From contig JAZQMR010000037.1 of assembly GCA_045543505.1 (NCBI GenBank), positions 1-36,635 on the forward strand: a stretch of DNA of 36,635 nucleotides, read 5' to 3'. The first letter of the stretch is position 1; each line of letters begins with the position of its first letter. Shown here in pieces: positions 1-7,410 of the stretch. Both the position numbers and the translations under genes were made by a program. The notes under the pieces were generated by a model. It had not been told where the DNA came from, ran no database searches, and was given only the letters and a program-made list of their open reading frames with translations. This stretch comes from Acutalibacteraceae bacterium. GTDB lineage: Bacteria > Bacillota > Clostridia > Oscillospirales > Acutalibacteraceae.

Positions 1-324
1 AAGATAATGGCAAAGGAAATTAACGTGCCAGTTGTTACGCTGTCGCAATTATCTCGTGCGAGTGAGCAGCGCAGCGACCATAGACCGATGCTTTCCGACT
101 TGCGCGACTCGGGTTCCATTGAGCAGGACGCCGACATCGTGCTCTTCTTGTACCGCAACGACTACTACAAGGGCGCCGAGGACGTGGACGAGGACTTCGA
201 CAAGAACAGCGGCGAGTGCATCGTGGCCAAGAACCGCCACGGCGAGACCCGCACCGTCCCGATGCACTGGCAGGGCGAATTCATGCGCTTTACCGCCAAG
301 GAGGTCAAACGTGGTGAGTTCTAG
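1..324 (+). CDS. dnaB: Replicative DNA helicase (DnaB family), C-terminal fragment; the 5' part lies outside the window
   Basis: Frame 1 is open from base 1 to TAG 322-324. The translation ([43 protein letters not shown]...CIVAKNRHG) is the conserved RecA-like C-terminal end of DnaB-type helicases. Confidence 0.85.
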   Translation, partial: KIMAKEINVPVVTLSQLSRASEQRSDHRPMLSDLRDSGSIEQDADIVLFLYRNDYYKGAEDVDEDFDKNSGECIVAKNRHGETRTVPMHWQGEFMRFTAKEVKRGEF

Positions 325-1711
325 CCTTGCGGCCCTCGACGAGAAAATTCTTCGCGCCATCGATCAGTATAATATGCTCGAAAATATACATAGTGTAATA
401 GTTGGAGTTTCCGGTGGCGCCGATTCTATGGCGCTTTTGCGCTTTTTTGAGGCCTACGCGAAAGAGCACAACCTAAAAGTAGTCGCCGCTCATGTGAATC
501 ACTGTTTGCGCGGAGAGGAGTCCGAGCGAGATGAGGCCTTTGTACGGACTTATTGCAAAGAAAATAACGTTCAGCTCGAGGTCTTGAAAGTCGACGTGAA
601 TGCGGCGGCGCACCGCGATGGGCTAGGAATTGAAGAATGCGCAAGGAAAATACGATACGAATTTTTTGAAGGCTTAGCGGCGAGGTTTGAGGGGAAAATC
701 GCGACGGCGCACACGCTCTCGGACAGCATAGAGACGACGTTGATGAACCTCGCGCGCGGTACGGGCCCAGCCGGACTTTGCGGCATCCCTCCAACGAGGG
801 GAAATATAATCCGGCCGCTGATACACCTCAAGAGAGCCGAGACCCAGTACTACTGCGAACTGAGCGGCATTTCCTATGTGACGGACAGCACCAACCTGCT
901 GCCGGAATACACGCGCAACAAGGTCCGGCTGGAGGTCGTGCCGCTGCTCAGGCAAATTAACCCGGAATTTGAGGACAACGCCGCCCGTACGCTCGAACTT
1001 CTTCGTGCAGACGAGGATTACTTAAGTTCCATCGCAAGGTCGCTCGTGGAGGAATGTACCATTTCGCCGGGCGTTTTCAATATTAGCAAAGTAAAAGCGC
1101 GGCCATTGCCGATTTTGTCTCGGGTGATACGCCAAATTGTATTCGAGCTCGTGAAGACGAACGTCTCGGCGCGGCACATTGAGCTAATCTTGAGCGCAAT
1201 AAAAGTTGGTTCTGGTGCGGTAACGTTGCCGCAAAAAATCCGAGTAAGCGTCGATGGCGATCGGCTCACGCTGCGGAAAGAACCCTTACAAAACGGGGCT
1301 CCAACAAGCGATTTTGAATGCGAATTCACAGAGGGCGTTACCTTGACAGACACCGGCGAAGAGTTCATAATAAAGTTACTCGACAAGGCCGGATTAGAGG
1401 CCTTCCTTGAGGCGAACCGACTTGAGTTTTTTTACGCTTTGGACTATGAAAAAATACCTCTGGAAGCGAAACTCAGACATCGGCGAGCTGGAGACAAATT
1501 TTGTCAAGCAGGCCGAGGCGTCACAAAGTCGATAAAAAAACTCTTCAACGAGCTGAAAATCCCTCAAGGTGAGCGCGAAAAAATACTCATGTTGGCTAAC
1601 GGAAACGAGATACTTTGGATCGATGGCGTCGGTGTCTCGCAACAAGCAACTCCCATAGAAGCTACAAGGAAAATAGTGCTTATTTACTCGAAGGAGAAAA
1701 ACATATGCTAA
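311..1711 (+). CDS. tilS: tRNA(Ile)-lysidine synthetase
   Basis: PP-loop motif SGGADS ([15 protein letters not shown]), about 466 aa, with a TilS-like C-terminal domain. I set the start at GTG 311, 6 nt after AAGGAGG (298-304). The ORF-track start at 32 would overlap dnaB by about 290 nt. The stop overlaps the hpt start (ATGCTAA). Confidence 0.9.
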   Translation: MVSSSLAALDEKILRAIDQYNMLENIHSVIVGVSGGADSMALLRFFEAYAKEHNLKVVAAHVNHCLRGEESERDEAFVRTYCKENNVQLEVLKVDVNAAAHRDGLGIEECARKIRYEFFEGLAARFEGKIATAHTLSDSIETTLMNLARGTGPAGLCGIPPTRGNIIRPLIHLKRAETQYYCELSGISYVTDSTNLLPEYTRNKVRLEVVPLLRQINPEFEDNAARTLELLRADEDYLSSIARSLVEECTISPGVFNISKVKARPLPILSRVIRQIVFELVKTNVSARHIELILSAIKVGSGAVTLPQKIRVSVDGDRLTLRKEPLQNGAPTSDFECEFTEGVTLTDTGEEFIIKLLDKAGLEAFLEANRLEFFYALDYEKIPLEAKLRHRRAGDKFCQAGRGVTKSIKKLFNELKIPQGEREKILMLANGNEILWIDGVGVSQQATPIEATRKIVLIYSKEKNIC

Positions 1712-2250
1712 ATGATATGGAAAAAGTTCTACTAAGTGCCGAGGAAATTCAAGAAAAAGTCAAAGAGTTGGGTGCGCAAATAAGCAAGGATTACGAGGGC
1801 AAAAACTTGATGCTTATCAGCATTCTCAAGGGCTCGATCGTGTTCATGTCCGACCTCATGCGTGCCATTACGATCCATTGCAAAATCGACTTTATGGCCG
1901 TTTCGAGTTATGGCTCAAGTACGAAAACTAGCGGTGTAGTGCGGATTTTGAAGGACTTGGACATCCCGCTCGAGAACTACGATGTGCTCATCGTGGAGGA
2001 TATCCTCGACAGCGGCATGACCCTAGACTACATCACGAAGATTTTGAATGAGCGGCATCCGAATAGCATCAAAATTTGCACACTCCTCGATAAGCCAGCT
2101 CGAAGAAAAATCGATATTAAGGCGGATTACGTCGGCTTTCTCGTCCCCGATGAGTTCGTTGTCGGCTACGGCCTCGACTACGATGAGCGCTACCGCAATG
2201 TGCCTTTTGTCGGGGTGCTCCGGCCCGAAATCTATACTAAGACGGACTAA
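1705..2250 (+). CDS. hpt: Hypoxanthine-guanine phosphoribosyltransferase
   Basis: ATG 1705 follows AAGGAG (1691-1696); 181 aa. PRPP-binding motif VLIVEDILDSGMTL. Sits in the tilS-hpt-ftsH synteny typical of Firmicutes. The ORF-track start at 1615 lies inside tilS. Confidence 0.9.
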   Translation: MLNDMEKVLLSAEEIQEKVKELGAQISKDYEGKNLMLISILKGSIVFMSDLMRAITIHCKIDFMAVSSYGSSTKTSGVVRILKDLDIPLENYDVLIVEDILDSGMTLDYITKILNERHPNSIKICTLLDKPARRKIDIKADYVGFLVPDEFVVGYGLDYDERYRNVPFVGVLRPEIYTKTD

Positions 2251-2304
2251 TTTGCTCATAATAATTCTAGGCGCACTTTTCACGCAAAAGGAGAGAGAAT
2301 CACC

Positions 2305-4200
2305 TTGGAAAACAAAAAAATGGTTCGCAATTTGCTTTTTTACATCGGTATTCCGATTTTGTTGATCGTTTTTATCTTGACGCTTTTTGGCTCTAGGGCG
2401 CAGAAAGATGAGGTCTACTCGGACATCGTCAAGTACTTTCAGGATCAGCAGGTCACCGAGTACAGCATGAACCTTGGCACTGGCCAGATGAAGCTGAAAC
2501 TCAAGGACGACAAGGAAATAAACTTTACGGCGCCGAGTGTGGGTTGGATTCGCGAGGACATTAAGCCCTACATCGCGGAGTACAACGAGAATCATCCGGA
2601 CGCGCAGATGAAACAAGACTTGATTCGCGCGAGCGAGAATTCGTGGTGGAGCTCGGTCATCATCGATGTGCTGATGTTCGTCGGAATCGGCCTAATTTGG
2701 TGGCTGATTATGCGCAAGGCGATGTCTGGCTTCGGCGAGGGCGGCAAGACCATGACCTTCGGCAAGGCTAAGATTAAAAATATGTCCGACGAAAAGCGCA
2801 AAACGACCTTTGCGGACGTGGCCGGCGCGGACGAGGAAAAAGAAGAGCTCGCGGAGTTGGTTGAGTTCCTAAAGAACCCTGCGAAGTACAACGATCTAGG
2901 CGCGAGAATCCCTAAAGGTGTACTCTTGGTGGGCCCTCCCGGCACCGGTAAGACGCTACTTGCAAGGGCCGTTGCCGGAGAGGCGGGCGTGCCGTTTTTC
3001 TCCATTTCCGGATCGGACTTCGTTGAGATGTTCGTCGGTGTGGGCGCCTCGAGGGTGCGCGACCTCTTTGACCAGGCCAAGAAGAATTCGCCGTGCATTG
3101 TCTTCATCGATGAGATTGACGCGGTAGGTCGTCAAAGAGGTGCCGGCCTCGGTGGTGGCCACGACGAGCGCGAGCAGACCTTGAATCAGTTGCTCGTCGA
3201 GATGGATGGTTTCGGCGCCAACGAAGGCGTAATTATGATTGCGGCCACCAACCGCCCGGACGTCTTAGATCCAGCTCTTATGAGGCCGGGACGTTTCGAT
3301 AGACAAGTTCTGGTGGGCTATCCAGATATAAAGGGCCGCGAGGACATCCTTAAGGTGCACTCCAAAGGTAAGCCGTTGGCGCCAGACGTTGTGCTCAACA
3401 CCATCGCGAAGTCGACTGCAGGCTTTACTGGCGCCGACCTTGAGAACCTTCTGAATGAAGCGGCACTTCTGGCAGCTAGGAAAAATCTCAAGGCTCTCAC
3501 GATGGCCGAGATTGAAGAGGCGACGATTAAGGTTGTGGTGGGCACGGAGAAAAAGTCGCGCGTGATGAGCGACAAGGAAAAGACTCTCACGGCTTATCAC
3601 GAGGCCGGCCACGCGATTGTGACGTACTTTTGCAAGACGCAGGACGCCGTGCATCAAATCTCGATTATCCCTCGAGGCATGGCTGGTGGTTATACGATGT
3701 CATTGCCATCTGAGGATCGCTCATATAAGTCTCGCTCCGAGATGAAAGAGTCAATTCAAGTGTTGCTTGGCGGCCGCGTCGCAGAAGACTTAATTATTGG
3801 CGACATCTCAACGGGTGCTTCAAACGACATCGAGCGTGCCACGAAAATTGCGAACTCGATGGTCACCAAGTACGGTATGAGCGAGGCGCTTGGCCCGATT
3901 GCTTACTCCGCCGAGAACGACGAGGTGTTCATTGGCCGCGACATTGGCCACATGAAGAACTACTCCGAGAAGATTGCCGCTGAGATCGATGCCGAGGTCA
4001 AAAATATTATCTCCGAGGGCTACGAGAACACCGAAAAGATCCTCAAGGAGAACATTGACAAGCTGCATGACGTAGCCAAGACGCTGTTCCTTAAGGAGAA
4101 AATGAACGCCGACGAGTTTAATCAAATCATGGAAGGCAAAAGCTCATCTGAGGCGCAAGAAAAATCAGGAGAAAGCCAAAAGGAAAATCCGGAGGCATAA
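2305..4200 (+). CDS. ftsH: ATP-dependent zinc metalloprotease FtsH
   Basis: Two N-terminal TM segments, Walker A GPPGTGKT, Walker [10 protein letters not shown], zinc motif HEAGH. TTG 2305 follows AAGGAGAGAG (2288-2297); ATG 2320 is an alternative start. Confidence 0.95.
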   Translation: MENKKMVRNLLFYIGIPILLIVFILTLFGSRAQKDEVYSDIVKYFQDQQVTEYSMNLGTGQMKLKLKDDKEINFTAPSVGWIREDIKPYIAEYNENHPDAQMKQDLIRASENSWWSSVIIDVLMFVGIGLIWWLIMRKAMSGFGEGGKTMTFGKAKIKNMSDEKRKTTFADVAGADEEKEELAELVEFLKNPAKYNDLGARIPKGVLLVGPPGTGKTLLARAVAGEAGVPFFSISGSDFVEMFVGVGASRVRDLFDQAKKNSPCIVFIDEIDAVGRQRGAGLGGGHDEREQTLNQLLVEMDGFGANEGVIMIAATNRPDVLDPALMRPGRFDRQVLVGYPDIKGREDILKVHSKGKPLAPDVVLNTIAKSTAGFTGADLENLLNEAALLAARKNLKALTMAEIEEATIKVVVGTEKKSRVMSDKEKTLTAYHEAGHAIVTYFCKTQDAVHQISIIPRGMAGGYTMSLPSEDRSYKSRSEMKESIQVLLGGRVAEDLIIGDISTGASNDIERATKIANSMVTKYGMSEALGPIAYSAENDEVFIGRDIGHMKNYSEKIAAEIDAEVKNIISEGYENTEKILKENIDKLHDVAKTLFLKEKMNADEFNQIMEGKSSSEAQEKSGESQKENPEA

Positions 4201-4205
4201 AATTA

Positions 4206-4238
4206 CCGCACCGAAAGTAACCGGTGCGGCTTTTTGTT
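4206..4238 (+). terminator. Intrinsic terminator after ftsH
   Basis: 8-bp stem CCGCACCG (4206-4213) / CGGTGCGG (4222-4229), 8-nt loop, then TTTTTGTT. Confidence 0.75.
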
Positions 4239-4257
4239 GCCTGGAACTAAAAAGGTG

Positions 4258-4286
4258 TTGACTTTTTAGTTGGGTTGTGTTATTAT
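4258..4286 (+). promoter_or_regulatory. Sigma-A-like promoter for the small Cys-rich ORF
   Basis: TTGACT (4258-4263), 17-bp spacer, TATTAT (4281-4286); about 45 nt upstream of the RBS AAAGGAGAG. Confidence 0.5.
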
Positions 4287-4332
4287 AATAAAGATCGATC
4301 GTATTTTTGTTATAAGTAAAGGAGAGTTTTTT

Positions 4333-4704
4333 ATGTCAGTAAAAAATATAGTGAGAAATTTGTTCTTAAGTGGTGCATTGGTGTTGTCAGGTGGTGCCGT
4401 TTGTGGTAGGCCGGTTTCGGCTTCTGATAAAAAATTTCCTGCAGAATGCTTAAAATGCAAAGACTGTCTAGAATCATTTATGGAGGATTTTCTTCCGTTG
4501 GGTGATCTAGCCCGAGATAGCATCAAGTGTGTAGTGGATTATGCGAAATGTTTGGAAGATGTAATATTTTCAGGGTTAGATACAAATGAATGTAAAATTC
4601 AAAGAGAGAATTGTTTTGATAAAGTCGAGCAAGAAATCAACTCACTGAAACAAGACATCGCGTCAAAGTACCAAGACTTCGTGTCAATGCAAGAAGAGCT
4701 GTAA
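4333..4704 (+). CDS. Small secreted cysteine-rich protein of unknown function (123 aa)
   Basis: ATG 4333 follows AAAGGAGAG (4318-4326). N-terminal signal peptide (NLFLSGALVLSGGAVCGRPVSA|SD), then 7 Cys in the mature part and a C-terminal helical, coiled-coil-like tail. I recognise no family. Confidence 0.6.
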   Translation: MSVKNIVRNLFLSGALVLSGGAVCGRPVSASDKKFPAECLKCKDCLESFMEDFLPLGDLARDSIKCVVDYAKCLEDVIFSGLDTNECKIQRENCFDKVEQEINSLKQDIASKYQDFVSMQEEL

Positions 4705-4725
4705 TTAATGTTTTTCTTAGACTTA

Positions 4726-4761
4726 CCGCACCGAACTTAATCGGTGCGGCTTCTTGTTTTT
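4726..4761 (+). terminator. Intrinsic terminator after the small ORF; near-duplicate of the ftsH terminator
   Basis: Stem CCGCACCG (4726-4733) / CGGTGCGG (4742-4749), then TTCTTGTTTTT. 4723-4759 matches 4203-4239 at 32 of 37 positions. Confidence 0.75.
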
Positions 4762-4770
4762 ATAATGTTT

Positions 4771-4864
4771 GGGAGTGCCCTATAGAAACATTTATGATAT
4801 ACCATCTCTATGAAATGTAAAGCATGCTAACAACGATACGAATCATATTCAAAGAGCGCCTCCC
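4771..4864 (+). mobile_element. Internally deleted remnant of the IS1-family element seen intact at 35790-36555
   Basis: 4771-4827 (GGGAGTGCCCTATAGAAACATTTATGATATACC...ATGAAATGTAAAGCATG) matches the left end and first 6 codons of the element at 35792-35848. AGAGCGCCTCCC at 4853-4864 resembles the right end AGGGCACTCCC. The right boundary is uncertain. Confidence 0.55.
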
Positions 4865-4957
4865 GTGTCTATTTCTCATTATAAGTTTTTTTATGAAATG
4901 AGGAAGGTGCGCCTGCTAGTTTCTGCAGTTGTCTTTAGAAAAAGTTGAAAATTAGTA

Positions 4958-4988
4958 TTGACTTTAACGTTACGTCAACTTGTAGAAT
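4958..4988 (+). promoter_or_regulatory. MerR-type promoter/operator with a 19-bp spacer
   Basis: TTGACT (4958-4963), 19-bp spacer, TAGAAT (4983-4988). The spacer holds an inverted repeat TTGAC...GTCAA (4958-4978) around a central AACGTT. It lies directly upstream of the MerR-family gene. Confidence 0.6.
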
Positions 4989-5014
4989 GGGAATATCAAA
5001 AGGAGGGCTCATTC

Positions 5015-5935
5015 ATGCGAAAGATAAATGAACTTGCAAGTTTGACCGGAATGACCACGCGTGCGCTGCGCTACTACGACAAAATCGGCCTATTGAAGCC
5101 AGCGGAAATTTCAGAATCAGGGTACAGGCTCTATGACGATAAAGCCTTGGAAACTCTGCAGCAAATTTTATTCTTTCGAGAGCTTGATGTGCCGCTAAAG
5201 CAGATAAATGCCATCTTGGGAAGCCCGAATTTTGATAGACTATCGATGCTGAAGAAACATAAAAAGCTGATAACGCTCAAGCGCGACCGGCTGAACAATA
5301 TTTTGGCGTTGATTGAGAAAAACTTAAAGGGAGAGCACTATATGAGCTTCACAGAATTCGAAATGAAATCGATCGAAACCGCCTTTAGAGAAAGTATTGA
5401 AACCGTCACGGATGCTAAGTTTTGGGATTTTATAAAAGAAAAATTTAGTAGCAAAGAGGATATGATTGAAAAGTCGTTGAAGGCAATTCAAACTCAGCCA
5501 GAGATGATTTACAGCTATTTCGGCAGTGTTGACGGCTACGTAAAAGCCCTGAAAAAAGAGGCCGACAAGGAAAAACTCGCCGAAATTAAGAAAAACTGCG
5601 ACGAGATATACTTAAAGATAAGCCAAAATCAAGATAAATCCGTCTCGGATGAAACCGTTCAAAAGCTGGTAGATGACTTGCAAAAACTACATGAAAGCTT
5701 CTATGAGACGACTACAACTGGGATGATAAAGGATTTGAGTACCACGCTGCTGTGTGACGTTGATGCGATGAAAACCGAAATTAGCAGCACTTTAGTCGAA
5801 AAGGACATCGACGAGGCGGTAAGAAAAGCCGAGGCCAACTGTGCAAAGTTGATTGACCACTTTGATGGCAAGTTCGGTAAGGGCTCAGCCAGTTTTATCG
5901 GCGAAGCTATAAAGTATTATTTAACTCAAAGATAA
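5015..5935 (+). CDS. MerR-family transcriptional regulator, TipAL/Mta-like (306 aa)
   Basis: ATG 5015 follows AAGGAGG (5000-5006). N-terminal MerR HTH (INELASLTGMTTRALRYYDKIGLLKP...GYRLYDD) and a coiled-coil linker. The long C-terminal domain ends in a TipAS-like ...GKGSASFIGEAIKYY. Confidence 0.8.
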   Translation: MRKINELASLTGMTTRALRYYDKIGLLKPAEISESGYRLYDDKALETLQQILFFRELDVPLKQINAILGSPNFDRLSMLKKHKKLITLKRDRLNNILALIEKNLKGEHYMSFTEFEMKSIETAFRESIETVTDAKFWDFIKEKFSSKEDMIEKSLKAIQTQPEMIYSYFGSVDGYVKALKKEADKEKLAEIKKNCDEIYLKISQNQDKSVSDETVQKLVDDLQKLHESFYETTTTGMIKDLSTTLLCDVDAMKTEISSTLVEKDIDEAVRKAEANCAKLIDHFDGKFGKGSASFIGEAIKYYLTQR

Positions 5936-5937
5936 GT

Positions 5938-5967
5938 AAGGCGTGCGGATGCACGTCTTTTATTTGT
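5938..5967 (+). terminator. Probable intrinsic terminator after the MerR gene
   Basis: AAGGCGTGC (5938-5946) pairs with GCACGTCTT (5951-5959) with one G.T pair, loop GGAT, then a T-rich tail TTTTATTTG. Confidence 0.5.
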
Positions 5968-6040
5968 TCATAAAGCTTTCTTGCAAGACTCCACATAAAC
6001 GGCAAAATTGCAGAGACAATAAAGGCAAAGGAGTGATTTC

Positions 6041-6397
6041 GTGGAATATGTGAAAGCGTTTGTCGTGGGAGGGCTGATTTGCGTGGCGGCGCAGGTGCTA
6101 ATCGATAAAACAAAGCTAACTCCCGCGAGGATCTTGGTATTGTTTGTTACACTTGGTGTAGCGCTGACAGGACTTGGCCTTTATGAGCCGTTAGTTGAGT
6201 TTGCGGGCGCCGGCGCAACGGTGCCTCTGACGGGGTTTGGCTACACCATGGCGAAAGGAACCCTCGAGGCGGTTAAAGAAAAGGGCCTCATCGGCGCCTT
6301 GACTGGAGGCCTAACTGCGGGATCAGCTGGAATCGCGGCGGCAGTGTTTTTTGGATATATCGCAGCGTTAGTCTCGAAGCCAAGCGACAAAAATTGA
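6041..6397 (+). CDS. spoVAE: Stage V sporulation protein AE (SpoVAEB type), 118 aa
   Basis: GTG 6041 lies 7 nt after AAGGAG (6028-6033). Strong resemblance to SpoVAEB: FVVGGLICV..Q.L.D..KLTPA...EFAGAGATVPLTGFG...LTAGSAGIAAAV. Confidence 0.85.
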   Translation: MEYVKAFVVGGLICVAAQVLIDKTKLTPARILVLFVTLGVALTGLGLYEPLVEFAGAGATVPLTGFGYTMAKGTLEAVKEKGLIGALTGGLTAGSAGIAAAVFFGYIAALVSKPSDKN

Positions 6398-6553
6398 TAA
6401 TTTCCAAAATTAACCTTGCCAAAAACCTGCATAAAAGGCAATTTAGCACAAATAATAACAATGAAGGCGTTGCTAAGATCACGTATATGGCGTAATTCTT
6501 ACGAATGGTAAAGATTAAATAAAGCAGTATTTTTTAAGCTTTTTACTATTTGC

Positions 6554-6732
6554 GGGAGTAACCTAAGCGAGCATCTGGCGATCGCGAGGCGCCGAAGGCC
6601 AGTAGGGCCTTCGGCCAGCCCAGCGCTCAACAACGTTGAGTGCTGGGCCACAAAGAAAATATTATTTTCTTTGGCCTCGCGGCCTGGTTGCGGCAGCTAC
6701 CCAAATGAAAAAAGCTTACTTCGGTCATCCCC
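6554..6732 (+). mobile_element. MITE copy 1 (179 bp, IS1-type terminal inverted repeats, three-hairpin core)
   Basis: 5' end GGGAGTAACCTAAGCGAGCAT. Core CGCGAGGC / hairpin CCGAAGGCC..GGCCTTCGG / hairpin CCCAGCGCTCAAC..GTTGAGTGCTGGG / hairpin CAAAGAAAAT..ATTTTCTTTG / GCCTCGCG. Degenerate 3' repeat ...GCTTACTTCGGTCATCCCC. Flanks CTATTTGC and TTATTTGT match at 6 of 8. Aligns end to end with the copies at 14930 and 32936. Confidence 0.75.
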
Positions 6733-6829
6733 TTATTTGTCTTTGATTGTCGTTGAGGTCCATATATGAACTATTAGCGCTGCCGCAGCGAAAATTTAAT
6801 TATGAAGAGAGTAAAATGGAGGTTTTATG

Positions 6830-7369
6830 ATGAAAGCAACCGGAATTGTAAGGCGCATCGACGACTTGGGGCGAGTGGTCATCCCGAAGGAAATCCGCCG
6901 TACGTTGCGTATTCGAGAGGGCGACCCGCTGGAGATATACACCGATACCGAGGGCGGCGTCATCTTCAAGAAGTACTCGCCTGTGGGAGAGCTCTCGCAA
7001 TTCGCCACGACCTACTCGGATGTACTTTCGCATACATCGAACTTGCCCACCGTGATTTGCGATAGAGACCATGTTGTGGCGGTGGCAGGCCTGTCGAAGA
7101 AGGAATACCTCGAGCGCCGAATTACACCATCACTCGAGGACGTAATGGACTCGCGCCAAGGATACATCTACAGCGCCAAGGACAACAACACGCTACTCCC
7201 GATTGAGGGCATCGACAAAAAGGCTGCCGTGGCGTTCCCGATAATTGTGGCGGGCGACGTGACCGGTGCCGTGATAATGCTTCAAGATGGAGACAACACC
7301 GCGCCCAGCGACACAGAAATAAAACTCACGCAAACCGCCGCCGCATTTCTCGGCAAGCAAATGGAGTAG
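6830..7369 (+). CDS. spoVT: Stage V sporulation protein T (AbrB-type N-terminal domain plus GAF-like domain)
   Basis: MKATGIVRRIDDLGRVVIPKEIRRTLRIREGDPLEI... is nearly identical to the N-terminus of Bacillus SpoVT. The C-terminus is ...AAAFLGKQME. GGAGG at 6816-6820; ATG 6827 is an equally possible start. Confidence 0.92.
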   Translation: MKATGIVRRIDDLGRVVIPKEIRRTLRIREGDPLEIYTDTEGGVIFKKYSPVGELSQFATTYSDVLSHTSNLPTVICDRDHVVAVAGLSKKEYLERRITPSLEDVMDSRQGYIYSAKDNNTLLPIEGIDKKAAVAFPIIVAGDVTGAVIMLQDGDNTAPSDTEIKLTQTAAAFLGKQME

Positions 7370-7376
7370 GAAAAGT

Positions 7377-7410
7377 CCCCTCACCAATCCAGGTGAGGGG
7401 AATATTATTT
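7377..7410. terminator. Bidirectional terminator between the convergent spoVT and repeat-protein genes
   Basis: Stem CCCCTCACC (7377-7385) / GGTGAGGGG (7392-7400), with AAAAG on the left and AATATTATTTTT on the right. Confidence 0.7.

Noticed and set aside
32-310. N-terminal 93 codons of the ORF-track tilS ORF (32-1711).
   Set aside because: This stretch overlaps the dnaB coding frame and gives an Arg/Thr/Ala-rich nonsense-like peptide. GTG 311 has a perfect AAGGAGG at 6-nt spacing and gives a TilS of normal length.
1018-4125. Numerous 60-200 aa minus-strand ORFs inside tilS, hpt and ftsH (for example 2023-2616 and 2592-3107).
   Set aside because: They are antisense shadows of GC-rich, well-supported genes, with no starts, RBS or recognisable domains.
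6580-6690. The cloverleaf-like three-hairpin core of the MITE as a possible tRNA, tmRNA or other classical RNA gene.
   Set aside because: At about 110-130 nt with stems of 9-17 bp it is far too long. It lacks a T-loop (GTTCRANYC), D-loop features and an anticodon-arm geometry. It is present in multiple dispersed copies with terminal inverted repeats and target duplications. I report it as a structured repeat instead.
5936-6829. Sigma-G/sigma-F type forespore promoters upstream of spoVAE and spoVT.
   Set aside because: I looked for GHATR-17/18-CATNNTA matches. I found only weak partial hits (for example TCATA...CATAAAC near 5975-6010), which are not good enough to annotate.
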